DNA of 64,000 nucleotides from positions 1,216,001 to 1,280,000 of the forward strand of contig CAVRAG010000008.1 of the NCBI GenBank assembly GCA_963718895.1. Reading direction: 5' to 3'. The notes under the pieces are model-generated. The model was not told the DNA's origin and searched no databases. It saw only the letters and a program-made list of their open reading frames with translations. The position numbers and the translations under genes are program-made. This document shows positions 1 to 7,440 of this stretch, piece after piece. The DNA is from an uncultured Nitrososphaerota archaeon (lineage in GTDB: Archaea; Thermoproteota; Nitrososphaeria; Nitrososphaerales; Gagatemarchaeaceae). Each line of letters begins with the position of its first letter. The stretch's first letter is position 1.

Positions 1-88
1 GAGCGAAACCGTACCCGATCGAGACTCCTAGCCCCAGAGCGACGAGCACGAGGGCGACCGAGACCAGAAGAATCCTTCTGACGTGCAA
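1..88 (-). CDS. Partial (N-terminus only) membrane/secreted cassette protein running off the window edge
   Basis: TTG at 88 followed by HVRRILLVSVALVLVALGLGVSIGYGFA (signal/TM); lies downstream of the core repeat at 125-145. Confidence 0.6.
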   Translation of the reverse strand, partial: MHVRRILLVSVALVLVALGLGVSIGYGFA

Positions 89-124
89 CTTCGGTCTTAC
101 CTGAATGACAATTGGCTGCATTCT

Positions 125-225
125 GATTAATAGTTATGTCCGAACGGCAGAGCCACTAGCCGTTTGTTGATTTGAGATGCATAAAAGAGCCATCGCTATG
201 TACAGGGTTCATTGCGCCTCCGCCG
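125..225 (-). repeat. Cassette-boundary repeat, type A copy 1 (21-bp core 125-145 + tail 205-225)
   Basis: GATTAATAGTTATGTCCGAAC...GAGATGC...GGGTTCATTGCGCCTCCGCCG; aligns with 5877-5963 and 6447-6546. Confidence 0.85.
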
Positions 226-552
226 GTGCATTTCATCCACACCTTGAATATCGTAGATCAGGACTTTCGCTAGATACAGGTAAGGCTTTGATGATTGCCC
301 TGAGGATGGGAGCCACCAGAGATGACCGCCGGCGGGGACGTAGACTACTCCATAGTGCGACAACATGTACGAAGCGGAGCCGTAAATCACCAGAGTCGGA
401 GCTGGTTCGATTTCAGTGCAGATGCACATACCATGCTGTGAATACAAGTCATAGGTCGTGACTATCGTCGGGATGATTGGAACGAGGAACAAGAAGGCCA
501 GCACACCAACAGCACCGATGCAGGCTACTGCCACCTTAGTGATGCGCTTCAT
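196..552 (-). CDS. Small membrane-anchored protein (FLxPIIP...YGSxS family)
   Basis: N-terminal TM, Cys pair, YGSASY motif; similar to 2595-2870 and 4917-5216. Confidence 0.7.
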   Translation of the reverse strand: MKRITKVAVACIGAVGVLAFLFLVPIIPTIVTTYDLYSQHGMCICTEIEPAPTLVIYGSASYMLSHYGVVYVPAGGHLWWLPSSGQSSKPYLYLAKVLIYDIQGVDEMHRRRRNEPCT

Positions 553-986
553 GCCATCGCCGAGCCAGCTCTGTAGCCAAGGAGCGTCGAGTTATCGAAG
601 TACATGTGCTGAACCGTGTCGTTGCCCGCAAAGACGTCGACCTCGATCTGGCCGCTCATATTGGGCGAGTAGAAGATTATCGTCTCGATCGAGGCTATGT
701 TAGGCCCCCAGCTGTAGCCGAAGCTCGAGTACGGCTGGACGTGGTACTGTATTCCGTGCGAGAGGGACTGGAACTGGGAGGTGTTCTCTATCATTGGAAT
801 GAGTGACGAGCCGAGGGATGATATCTGTGCGTCACCGGGGTAACCGGGAGGCAGAGTCGGAGCCGCCTGCCCGACCTGGGTACTGGCAGCGGTTCCTGAG
901 ATGTTGAGTCCAACCGCAATCAACAACAAGGTAATCATCGCCGCTGCGGAGATCGAGAGCGTCGCCTTGGCTTGGTGGGATGCCAC
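549..986 (-). CDS. Secreted/membrane-anchored hypothetical protein
   Basis: N-terminal hydrophobic helix; 4-bp overlap with the downstream gene. Confidence 0.7.
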   Translation of the reverse strand: MASHQAKATLSISAAAMITLLLIAVGLNISGTAASTQVGQAAPTLPPGYPGDAQISSLGSSLIPMIENTSQFQSLSHGIQYHVQPYSSFGYSWGPNIASIETIIFYSPNMSGQIEVDVFAGNDTVQHMYFDNSTLLGYRAGSAMA

Positions 987-1013
987 GTCGAACGGGGCAG
1001 CCTTCGTGTCTCG

Positions 1014-1054
1014 GGTTAAGGTTACTTCCGAAGACTCGGAATAAAGTATTTATC
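1014..1054. promoter_or_regulatory. Back-to-back divergent promoters with inverted repeat TTCCGA-N4-TCGGAA
   Basis: GGTTAAGGTTACTTCCGAAGACTCGGAATAAAGTATTTATC; each half resembles the 21-bp core; TATA-like boxes 24-30 nt from the starts at 986 (-) and 1077 (+). Confidence 0.6.
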
Positions 1055-1076
1055 AACAGAGCCATCCTTTTGACCG

Positions 1077-1709
1077 ATGTCGCGAGCTACCTTCGTCCTG
1101 GCGGTGGTCGTCGCGGTCGCGATAGTCAATACCGTGTTTCTGGGAGTCCATCTGGCGAGCCCGTCGGAATCTGGTCCCGCCCTGCAGACCTCAATCACGA
1201 ACCTTGGGACAGGAATCAACGGCTACACCGCTTCGGGTTCCCTCTCCCTCCCGCCAAACAACCAGCCGGCGTTCCAGTTCCTCCTCGCCAACTCTCCGGT
1301 GTTGTCCACGGCCAGTTGGGCGCTGGTAGGAGGCGTCTGGATCTGGCGGGGTAGGATGAAGTCGCGCTGGGAGAGCCTCGGCTTCGACTCTGGCATCTTC
1401 GACCTCTTCATCAAGATGAAGGGAGCCAAGACGAGGTTGAACCTCCTGGATGCGCTCTCGAGGCCGAAGGACAGGCTGCAGCTCGCGCAAGAGCTCGGCC
1501 TTGACTGGAAGGCCGTCGACTACCACATCGTCCTGCTCAACAGGTACGGTCTCGTCCACGAAGACCACGCCTTCGGGAACGTGAGGATGTACACTCTCAC
1601 GAGGCAGGGAGAGGTCCTGCTTCAACTGCTCAAGGAATTCAACAAGGAGATCGTGAGAGGCGCCGAACCGAGCGCTGCTGTCGTCCCCTCTACCCTGCCT
1701 ATCCCATAA
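1077..1709 (+). CDS. Membrane-anchored ArsR-like winged-helix transcriptional regulator
   Basis: Two hydrophobic segments, then TRLNLLDAL...QLAQELGLDWKAVDYHIVLL...YTLTRQG wHTH signature. Confidence 0.85.
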   Translation: MSRATFVLAVVVAVAIVNTVFLGVHLASPSESGPALQTSITNLGTGINGYTASGSLSLPPNNQPAFQFLLANSPVLSTASWALVGGVWIWRGRMKSRWESLGFDSGIFDLFIKMKGAKTRLNLLDALSRPKDRLQLAQELGLDWKAVDYHIVLLNRYGLVHEDHAFGNVRMYTLTRQGEVLLQLLKEFNKEIVRGAEPSAAVVPSTLPIP

Positions 1710-1938
1710 TCAGGGTGCGAAGCCGTTGCCGAAGCTCGTCGAAGAATTGAGCGACAGATGACACGTAATGACTTCAGGAAGCTGTCTGGCTGAACCGTCG
1801 GCCTGATTGGGGCGACGCTGCTCTGTGCGGTATTGCGTCGATGGTGGCCTTGCTCCCAGCGATTACGCTGTTCTGGGTCCTCAGCTGCAGTCCCATCGGC
1901 GGAGGTACGCAGTACTTCTGAGGTCCGAACAGAGGTTA

Positions 1939-2598
1939 TCAGAATTGGACGTACATTATACCCATCCCGCCAACGCTCATAGACACCGGTTGGAACGGTT
2001 GTCCGAACACGCATCCTTGAGGCTGGATGATTGTAAAGTCAGAGGCGTTCACCTGCGACGCCGCGTAGCCTACGGCCAAGGGGAACCCTCCATTGCAAAA
2101 CCCGGTCACGCCGGGGTCGTAGAATCCGGTCGCGTTGCCCAGGGCGGTGACCGTGTACACGACGGTGACGAAGTCTGTGGAGCTCGTCGCCTGTATGGAG
2201 CTTGGAGCACTGGTCACAGTGAAGGAATAGGAGGGGACAGGCAAGCATCCCTTGACGGCGCAGGTCTCGGTTGCCATAAGGAGCGTGAAGTTCTGGGTGA
2301 AGGGCTGGTTGTCGAAGGCGCTCGCCTTGCCTTGCCAACTCGACTGGTACGTCACGCAGACCGTTCCGGTCGACCCGGGCTGCATGAGCCAAACCGGGCT
2401 CGTGTTGGTCGAGGGACTGCCTGCGCTATACACCGGCTCATTGCAGGGCGTGGTGATGGTTACGGTGACTGTGGTCTTCGCTCCTCCGACTGCGACGAAC
2501 AGGCTCGCGGAAATCAGCACGCCGGCTATGATTATCGCCGAAGCGATCACTATGTAGCTCCGGTTGGCGTGGCCGCTTATGGGAGCCGGACCGCTCAA
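1939..2598 (-). CDS. Membrane-anchored secreted Thr/Cys-rich protein
   Basis: Likely TTG start at 2598 overlapping the upstream TGA; TM + Thr linker + beta-rich domain; N-terminus shared with 6557-7405. Confidence 0.75.
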   Translation of the reverse strand: MSGPAPISGHANRSYIVIASAIIIAGVLISASLFVAVGGAKTTVTVTITTPCNEPVYSAGSPSTNTSPVWLMQPGSTGTVCVTYQSSWQGKASAFDNQPFTQNFTLLMATETCAVKGCLPVPSYSFTVTSAPSSIQATSSTDFVTVVYTVTALGNATGFYDPGVTGFCNGGFPLAVGYAASQVNASDFTIIQPQGCVFGQPFQPVSMSVGGMGIMYVQF

Positions 2599-2870
2599 AC
2601 GAAACTCACCAGCGGCCCGTTCGGCTCGGAGAGGACGAAGACTCCGTGCTGGATCAGCGCGAAGGAGATCGAGCCGTAGAGGGGATACAGAAATCCGACT
2701 GGGCAGGAGCACTGAGGGCAGGTCACCGCGCAGGGGGTGGACTGGCCCATCGGGACTATCGGGACGAGGAGCACGAAGAGAAAGGCTGCGACGGCGACTA
2801 CGGTGACTGCAATCGGACCGACCGCTCTCCGATGTTGCACGGCAACTCGGCGGGTGAGAGTGGGATTCAT
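2595..2870 (-). CDS. Small Cys-rich membrane protein (FLxPIIP...YGSxS family)
   Basis: TM, LVPIVP, CAVTCPQCSC, YGSISF; true start may be GTG at 2840. Confidence 0.7.
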   Translation of the reverse strand: MNPTLTRRVAVQHRRAVGPIAVTVVAVAAFLFVLLVPIVPMGQSTPCAVTCPQCSCPVGFLYPLYGSISFALIQHGVFVLSEPNGPLVSFV

Positions 2871-2891
2871 GATTAATAGTTATGTCCGAAC
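2871..2891 (-). repeat. 21-bp core repeat copy
   Basis: GATTAATAGTTATGTCCGAAC, identical to 125-145; followed by AAAAAGCGTGCC, resembling part of the type A element. Confidence 0.9.
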
Positions 2892-2925
2892 AAAATCCCA
2901 AAAAGCGTGCCTACCCCGGCAAGCT

Positions 2926-3312
2926 TCAGTTGAACGGCTGGCAGGGGCTGGGCGTCAATGAAGAGCCTACGGACAGGAAACTGTTCATTGAGGTCACTAT
3001 CGCGATGTCCTGAGTCTCTTCGGCCTGAAGGGTGGCGATCATGCCGGCGTAGCCGGAAGGCTTGGTCGAGTTGAGGGCCGCGATTATCGAGTTGTCCATC
3101 TGTATCTGCTGCTGCATCGCCTGGGTCGTGTTGGAGTCGACTCGATAGGCGGACCCGGCCACGCTCGTGAGGGTGGTGCACACGCTCCTGCCGTCGCTCT
3201 TGAGCGAGGAGATCTGGGCGGTCGCGGTGCTGTAGTAGTATACAAGACTCCCGGCGAGTATCACAATCGTCAGGGCGGCCAAGCCTGCGTAAGTTCTGCC
3301 CCTAGAGTTCAT
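2926..3312 (-). CDS. Membrane-anchored coiled-coil hypothetical protein
   Basis: N-terminal TM, Q-rich helical region; start 28 nt from the core repeat at 3340. Confidence 0.75.
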   Translation of the reverse strand: MNSRGRTYAGLAALTIVILAGSLVYYYSTATAQISSLKSDGRSVCTTLTSVAGSAYRVDSNTTQAMQQQIQMDNSIIAALNSTKPSGYAGMIATLQAEETQDIAIVTSMNSFLSVGSSLTPSPCQPFN

Positions 3313-3339
3313 GATTATCCGGGTTTTGCGGCGCTTGAT

Positions 3340-3600
3340 GATTAATAGTTTTGTCCGAAGGCCATCCTACTCTGCGTTAAGTCCCACACCGGCCATGAGA
3401 CGCGACCGAGGATGGAGTCTCCAAGGCAGGAACAAGCGCTCGTCAGCATGGTCGAGCTGAAGAAGCTGGCCGGGACCAAGCTGCCTCCCTCGAGCGCGCC
3501 GAGGGACCTCATCCTCTCCGAACCGGGCCACCTTCCGAGCGATGAAGCCGCGGTCAAGGCCGCGCTCTACGCCATACTTCTCTATCATGAGCTGAAATGA
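3340..3600. repeat. Type B module copy 1 (21-bp core + spacer + small ORF)
   Basis: Clear nucleotide similarity to 7441-7700, starting exactly at the core. Confidence 0.85.
3412..3600 (+). CDS. Small helical protein (62 aa), paralog of 7514-7729
   Basis: MESPRQEQALVSMVELKKLA...RDLILSEP..LP...LLYHELK; GTTAAG TATA-like box upstream. Confidence 0.7.
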   Translation: MESPRQEQALVSMVELKKLAGTKLPPSSAPRDLILSEPGHLPSDEAAVKAALYAILLYHELK

Positions 3601-3872
3601 CGCAGAGTGTTCACTGACACGGCAGATTGGTCGGGCTCAGACTCGATCTCTCGCACTCTTCTTTGCCGGACGATGACGAAGAGGATGAACAGCACTATGA
3701 TGATTATCGTAGTTAGGAGACTGGCGCCCGATCCCAGACCCGGGAAGAAGTCCCCCAGAGCATAAAGGACGATGCCCCCTATCATTACCGAGGCGATTAG
3801 AAGAGTGGCGAGAGCAACCCAGGTGGTCGTCCCTCTTCGGGTTGTATCCAAATCGATCTTCTTGATTCTCAA
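3585..3872 (-). CDS. Small two-TM membrane protein
   Basis: Two hydrophobic helices followed by a basic patch. Confidence 0.6.
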   Translation of the reverse strand: MRIKKIDLDTTRRGTTTWVALATLLIASVMIGGIVLYALGDFFPGLGSGASLLTTIIIIVLFILFVIVRQRRVREIESEPDQSAVSVNTLRHFSS

Positions 3873-4088
3873 GCCATTCGTTCTAGATGAGCACAGCGCA
3901 ACGCCTCACAAATCTGGCCGCGGCCGGAATGCTGTCAACAACCGATCTTCGCGACGTCTCTGTCACAGGCCAGGAGCGCAATCTGCCGATAACGTGGAGA
4001 GGTGTTGACTGCTGTCCTCGATAGCGTGGCTATAAAGGAGGACGGCGACTAACTGCACATCAATGACCGTAATCGGCGGAGATGAGCA

Positions 4089-4433
4089 ATGAGCGGCGAA
4101 CCTGCGGGGAAGAAGTTCGGCCTTGTCGTCTCCGTCGAGTTCAGGGCGCTCTACCGAATGATGAAAGACGAGCAGATGAAAAGATCGATAGATTCGCTCG
4201 CTGACGCGCTCGAACAGAGGCCTCTGGACGCGGGCGCGTTCGTGCCGAAGGACAGATGGCCCGACGAGTACAGAACTATGGGATTGAGCAACGTCTACAA
4301 GGCCAACCTCGCCAAAGGAGCTAGGATCACCTACACGGTGACCCTGAGTCAAGCCGGAAGCGGTCTAGTAAGGGTGATCGAGTTCTTTCCCACGCACAAG
4401 GATTACGCGAAGAAGTTCGGCTACGGCGTCTAG
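4089..4433 (+). CDS. Putative RelE/ParE-superfamily toxin-like protein
   Basis: Size and pattern (VYKANL..GARITYTV...VRVIEFFPTHKDY) resemble RelE-fold proteins; TATAAA upstream. Confidence 0.5.
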   Translation: MSGEPAGKKFGLVVSVEFRALYRMMKDEQMKRSIDSLADALEQRPLDAGAFVPKDRWPDEYRTMGLSNVYKANLAKGARITYTVTLSQAGSGLVRVIEFFPTHKDYAKKFGYGV

Positions 4434-4723
4434 GCGCGCAGCTTCACGCTCGCCTTGAGGAGCGCTTCCAGCTTGGGGTTCTCGACCGCCACCCAGACGA
4501 CCCTGCCCTTCCCGTCGAACATGATCTTGTTTGACGCCTCCAGGTACTCCAGGACGCCGACGAACGTCTGGTACATCGTCTTCCGCGGGAGGGAGCGCCA
4601 CAGCTGCATCCTTGAAGGCGGGAGATTGCTGTTCTTGATCGCAGACTCCACCATCATGACGGTGTCTAGGGTAGGAGAATGAATCGCAGAACTGTCCTTT
4701 AGTCGATGGGGCTCCTTGAGCAA
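4430..4723 (-). CDS. Small winged-helix protein, candidate antitoxin/regulator
   Basis: HSPTLDTVMMVE...QLWRSLP...YQTF..VLEYLE.SNKI...VVW; convergent with the toxin-like gene, 4-bp overlap. Confidence 0.6.
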   Translation of the reverse strand: MLKEPHRLKDSSAIHSPTLDTVMMVESAIKNSNLPPSRMQLWRSLPRKTMYQTFVGVLEYLEASNKIMFDGKGRVVWVAVENPKLEALLKASVKLRA

Positions 4724-4916
4724 TGTGAGCGCTGGCTGAGCAACGAATTATATAAGTGTATATAGTTTTAATCAAGTTCTACTGCGAGATGGACGACAAC
4801 ACGGACTACTGCCCGCACACGGCCTTCGCGGCGGCTCTGCCACAGGTATGGGGTGCCATCAAGCGCTGAGCAGTACAGGAGGTTCATTACGCCTCGAGCT
4901 CGGCTGGAGGGATGGG

Positions 4917-5216
4917 CTACGGTTGCATGTCGGGGCAGGAGGAACTCAACTCTCCAGCCAGAATGTCTCGGGGCTGAGTAAGATAGTAGCCTCCGTTCGC
5001 CAGCGCAAGAGCTCCGCTTCCAAGATAGCAGAAGCTGATTGAGGCCGACCCTTTGTATACCACACTGCTTCCACAAGAGGGCTGGCTCGTCGCACCGCAA
5101 TTCACCTGATTGCCTGGAGGCGATGCCGAAACGGGAATGACGGGCAAGAAGTAGATGGTAACGAGCAGGGCCACGATGATAACTCCAACGATTGAAATCT
5201 TAAGGAGGCGCCGCAT
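4917..5216 (-). CDS. Small membrane-anchored protein (FLxPIIP...GSxS family)
   Basis: TM, FLPVIP, Cys residues, YKGSASISF. Confidence 0.7.
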   Translation of the reverse strand: MRRLLKISIVGVIIVALLVTIYFLPVIPVSASPPGNQVNCGATSQPSCGSSVVYKGSASISFCYLGSGALALANGGYYLTQPRDILAGELSSSCPDMQP

Positions 5217-5298
5217 GTGTCAGACGGGCGTCTACTTCTATTTACTCTTTGTTTCATCTTACGCTTCGGGTGGGGGAAGAAGAAGTCAAGCCATACCA

Positions 5299-5319
5299 GG
5301 TTTCGTTGCGCCTCCGCCG
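5299..5319 (-). repeat. Type A tail element (degenerate copy)
   Basis: GGTTTCGTTGCGCCTCCGCCG vs GGGTTCATTGCGCCTCCGCCG at 205-225. Confidence 0.7.
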
Positions 5320-5396
5320 CAAAATGCCCCCTTTCGCGATAAACGGCTGCCAAGGTCATAGTCTGCTCTGACACCCGTGGACCCATGACACCCGCA

Positions 5397-5845
5397 TTAG
5401 GGTGGCGCAGTAGGGTGCAATTCCGCGTGTAGCTTCCTGCTATCCAGGGTCCAGGAGCCGCCGATCATCCGCAGGAGGTAGCCGAAGGCGAACACGACGG
5501 CAACGGGCAGCAGGTTCAGCACGGCCCAGTTCGGCGGCTGATGCGTGGTCGACAGGTTGGCCACTCCGATCAGGAAGACGTAGCCGTACGCGAAGAGCTC
5601 CACGGCAACGAGCATCACGGTCCCCTGCCATGAAAGCGTCTTCGAGAACCAGATAGGCAGAAGGAGGAGGTTCAGGAGAAGGAAGAGTGAGAGGCCGTCC
5701 AGCACGTAGCCCCAGAGAGAGAGTCCCGGATAGCACGCGCACGTTCGATGGATGTCACCAAATGAAGCTGAATCGACTCTTCCACGATGAAGTAGACTGA
5801 GGTTGGAACCAGAATCAGTGAGAGGAGCCAGAGTCTGGAGCGCAT
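5397..5845 (-). CDS. Multi-TM membrane protein with apparent frameshift near 5740
   Basis: ATG 5845 gives MRSRLWLLSLILVPTSVYFIV..., continuing in another frame as ...YPGLSLWGYVLDGLSLFLLL; start 32 nt from the core. Confidence 0.55.
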
Positions 5846-5876
5846 CACGCGGTCTTGTTTTGGAAACCGTGTTTCT

Positions 5877-5963
5877 GGTTAATAGACTTGTCCAAGGCAC
5901 AGCCTTTAGCCGCTTGTTAGTCTAAGATACCTCAAAAGGCACGCCACGTATAGGGTTCATTGC
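5877..5963 (-). repeat. Cassette-boundary repeat, type A copy 2
   Basis: GGTTAATAGACTTGTCCAAGGCACAGCC..TAGCCGCTTGTT...AAGATACC..AAAAGGCACGCCACGTATAGGGTTCATTGC; upstream gene's stop codon lies inside the tail. Confidence 0.8.
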
Positions 5964-6421
5964 CTCAGTTGAATCTGGATGCTTCCCGGTCTGCGGAAGG
6001 ACTTGATCAACACGAATATTGAGAGGTTGATCGAAATGACCAGCGCTACGAGAGTTCCCCACCCTTCGGCAGCGCTGGGTATGGAGGGACAGACGCCCGG
6101 TGCGATGGGCTCCGTACTCATACAGGGAGGGGTGGTAACCCACGAGAGCCAGGCTAGGATTGCCACCAGCCCGATTATGACCCCGATGACGGAGATGAAC
6201 TTGATCCAGCGCAGCGCGGGCGTCAACTTGAACCAGTAGGAGTTAATCAGGGCAGCTGACGAGACGGTGATTACCAGGACGAGTGCTGCCAGACAGATAA
6301 GAACCAGCGCGATTCCCCACTCTTCGTCTGTGAGGACAGAGTAGGGCACCAGCCAAATCCACGCCAGGACGCCCACGAATCCGAGACCAATCCCAATCAC
6401 AGACGTGGCTCTCGGATTCAT
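5957..6421 (-). CDS. Four-TM membrane protein
   Basis: Four hydrophobic segments, Cys pair in a loop. Confidence 0.75.
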   Translation of the reverse strand: MNPRATSVIGIGLGFVGVLAWIWLVPYSVLTDEEWGIALVLICLAALVLVITVSSAALINSYWFKLTPALRWIKFISVIGVIIGLVAILAWLSWVTTPPCMSTEPIAPGVCPSIPSAAEGWGTLVALVISINLSIFVLIKSFRRPGSIQIQLRQ

Positions 6422-6446
6422 CGATGGGGGTCCCTTCGGTTCTCAA

Positions 6447-6546
6447 TGTATACGCCTTTGTCCGAACATAGTGCCTAGGCGCGGTCTGTTTCAGGGAGAT
6501 GCCGAAAGAAAGGCATGCCATGTATGGGTTCATTGCGCTTCCGCCG
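6447..6546 (-). repeat. Cassette-boundary repeat, type A copy 3
   Basis: TTTGTCCGAAC...GAGATGCCGAAAGAAAGGCATGCCATGTATGGGTTCATTGCGCTTCCGCCG. Confidence 0.8.
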
Positions 6547-6556
6547 GGGCATATGG

Positions 6557-7405
6557 TCAAGGACAAAGGAAGGATGGACCATGAATCGCGACCGTCACGT
6601 CCGCTCCGCTCACCGTGACGTTGCCAGAAGTGGGGTAGAGCACCTGGTTGGGGCTGACGGTGTAGTTGTAACTCCCACTAGGCAGCGAAAAGACGATCAA
6701 AGAATAGTTCACGTACGCCGGTGACCATCTCGCTTCTGTGTTGGGTATGGGAATGCTCGCGTTGGCCGGCGCCGCCTCCGTCCATCCGCCGAGGGTGACC
6801 GACCAAGGAGCTTGATAGACGGTGGGAATGATGCCGCACGAACCCGTCTCCTGGAACGTCACCTGGTACAGCCGTGCCGCCGTCAGGAAGACGGAGGGCG
6901 CTGTACGGACCGTCAGGAGGAGCGAACCATCCTGCACGATCCAGTCGATGTGCAGGAACCCGCCGAACATCGTCGCGTTCGCGGGGGCGGGTAGGGCCGC
7001 GCTGAACCCTCCCGGCCATGAGAAGCTGGCGTTCTGCGGCGGGATGATCACGCAGCTTAAGCTCGGCGGGCAGTTCTGGTCTATCTCGAAGGAGACCGAG
7101 GTGCCTGAGAGCTGTGAACAGGAGACCTCGTTGGCGGTGACGCATGAGGGAGACCACGTGTCGTTGATGAGGTAGTCCCCGACCGCGAAATCCCCCGGGA
7201 TGTCCGTAGGACGCGCGACCTGCAGAGTGACGTTGCTGCCGAAGAGGTAGGTCGCCTTCGCCGTCGTCGTCACCGTGGTGGTCGTCGTGCTGGTTGTGGT
7301 CTTCGCTCCGCCGATTGCGACGAACAGGCTCGCTGAAACAAGCACCCCCGCTATGACTATCGCCGCAGCAATCATGAGATAGCTCCGAACCGGCTGAGAG
7401 CTCAA
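6557..7405 (-). CDS. Membrane-anchored secreted protein with Thr linker and C-terminal archaeal surface-protein-like beta domain
   Basis: TTG 7405; RSYLMIAAAIVIAGVLVSASLFVAIGGAKTT; C-terminal YQVTFQETG...WSVTL...F.LPSGSYNYTV...SGNVTVSG pattern typical of thermopsin/S-layer-like repeats. Confidence 0.75.
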   Translation of the reverse strand: MSSQPVRSYLMIAAAIVIAGVLVSASLFVAIGGAKTTTSTTTTTVTTTAKATYLFGSNVTLQVARPTDIPGDFAVGDYLINDTWSPSCVTANEVSCSQLSGTSVSFEIDQNCPPSLSCVIIPPQNASFSWPGGFSAALPAPANATMFGGFLHIDWIVQDGSLLLTVRTAPSVFLTAARLYQVTFQETGSCGIIPTVYQAPWSVTLGGWTEAAPANASIPIPNTEARWSPAYVNYSLIVFSLPSGSYNYTVSPNQVLYPTSGNVTVSGADVTVAIHGPSFLCP

Positions 7406-7440
7406 ACCGAAGCGCCTTGAATCGTCGCGCCGGGCTTTGC

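Noticed and set aside
114-145. Core as a complete 28-bp Xer dif site
   Set aside because: Only the right arm (TTATGTCCGAA) is dif-like; the putative left arm is neither conserved nor complementary
139-213. Type A element as a canonical integron attC site
   Set aside because: AAC/GTT ends are present, but the core is GTTCGGA rather than GTTRRRY and I could not fold L boxes or a long stem; not excluded without a covariance-model search
205-228. Type A tail as a remnant tyrosine-recombinase HxLR motif
   Set aside because: The CAT TGC and CTC CGC codons are out of frame in the well-preserved copies
1749-1921. Hydrophobic coding-like fragments on the + strand
   Set aside because: No continuous ORF; possibly a decayed cassette, but too weak to call
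1999-2008. TTGTCCGAAC match inside the 1939-2598 CDS
   Set aside because: Lies in coding sequence and lacks the TTAATAG half; probably chance
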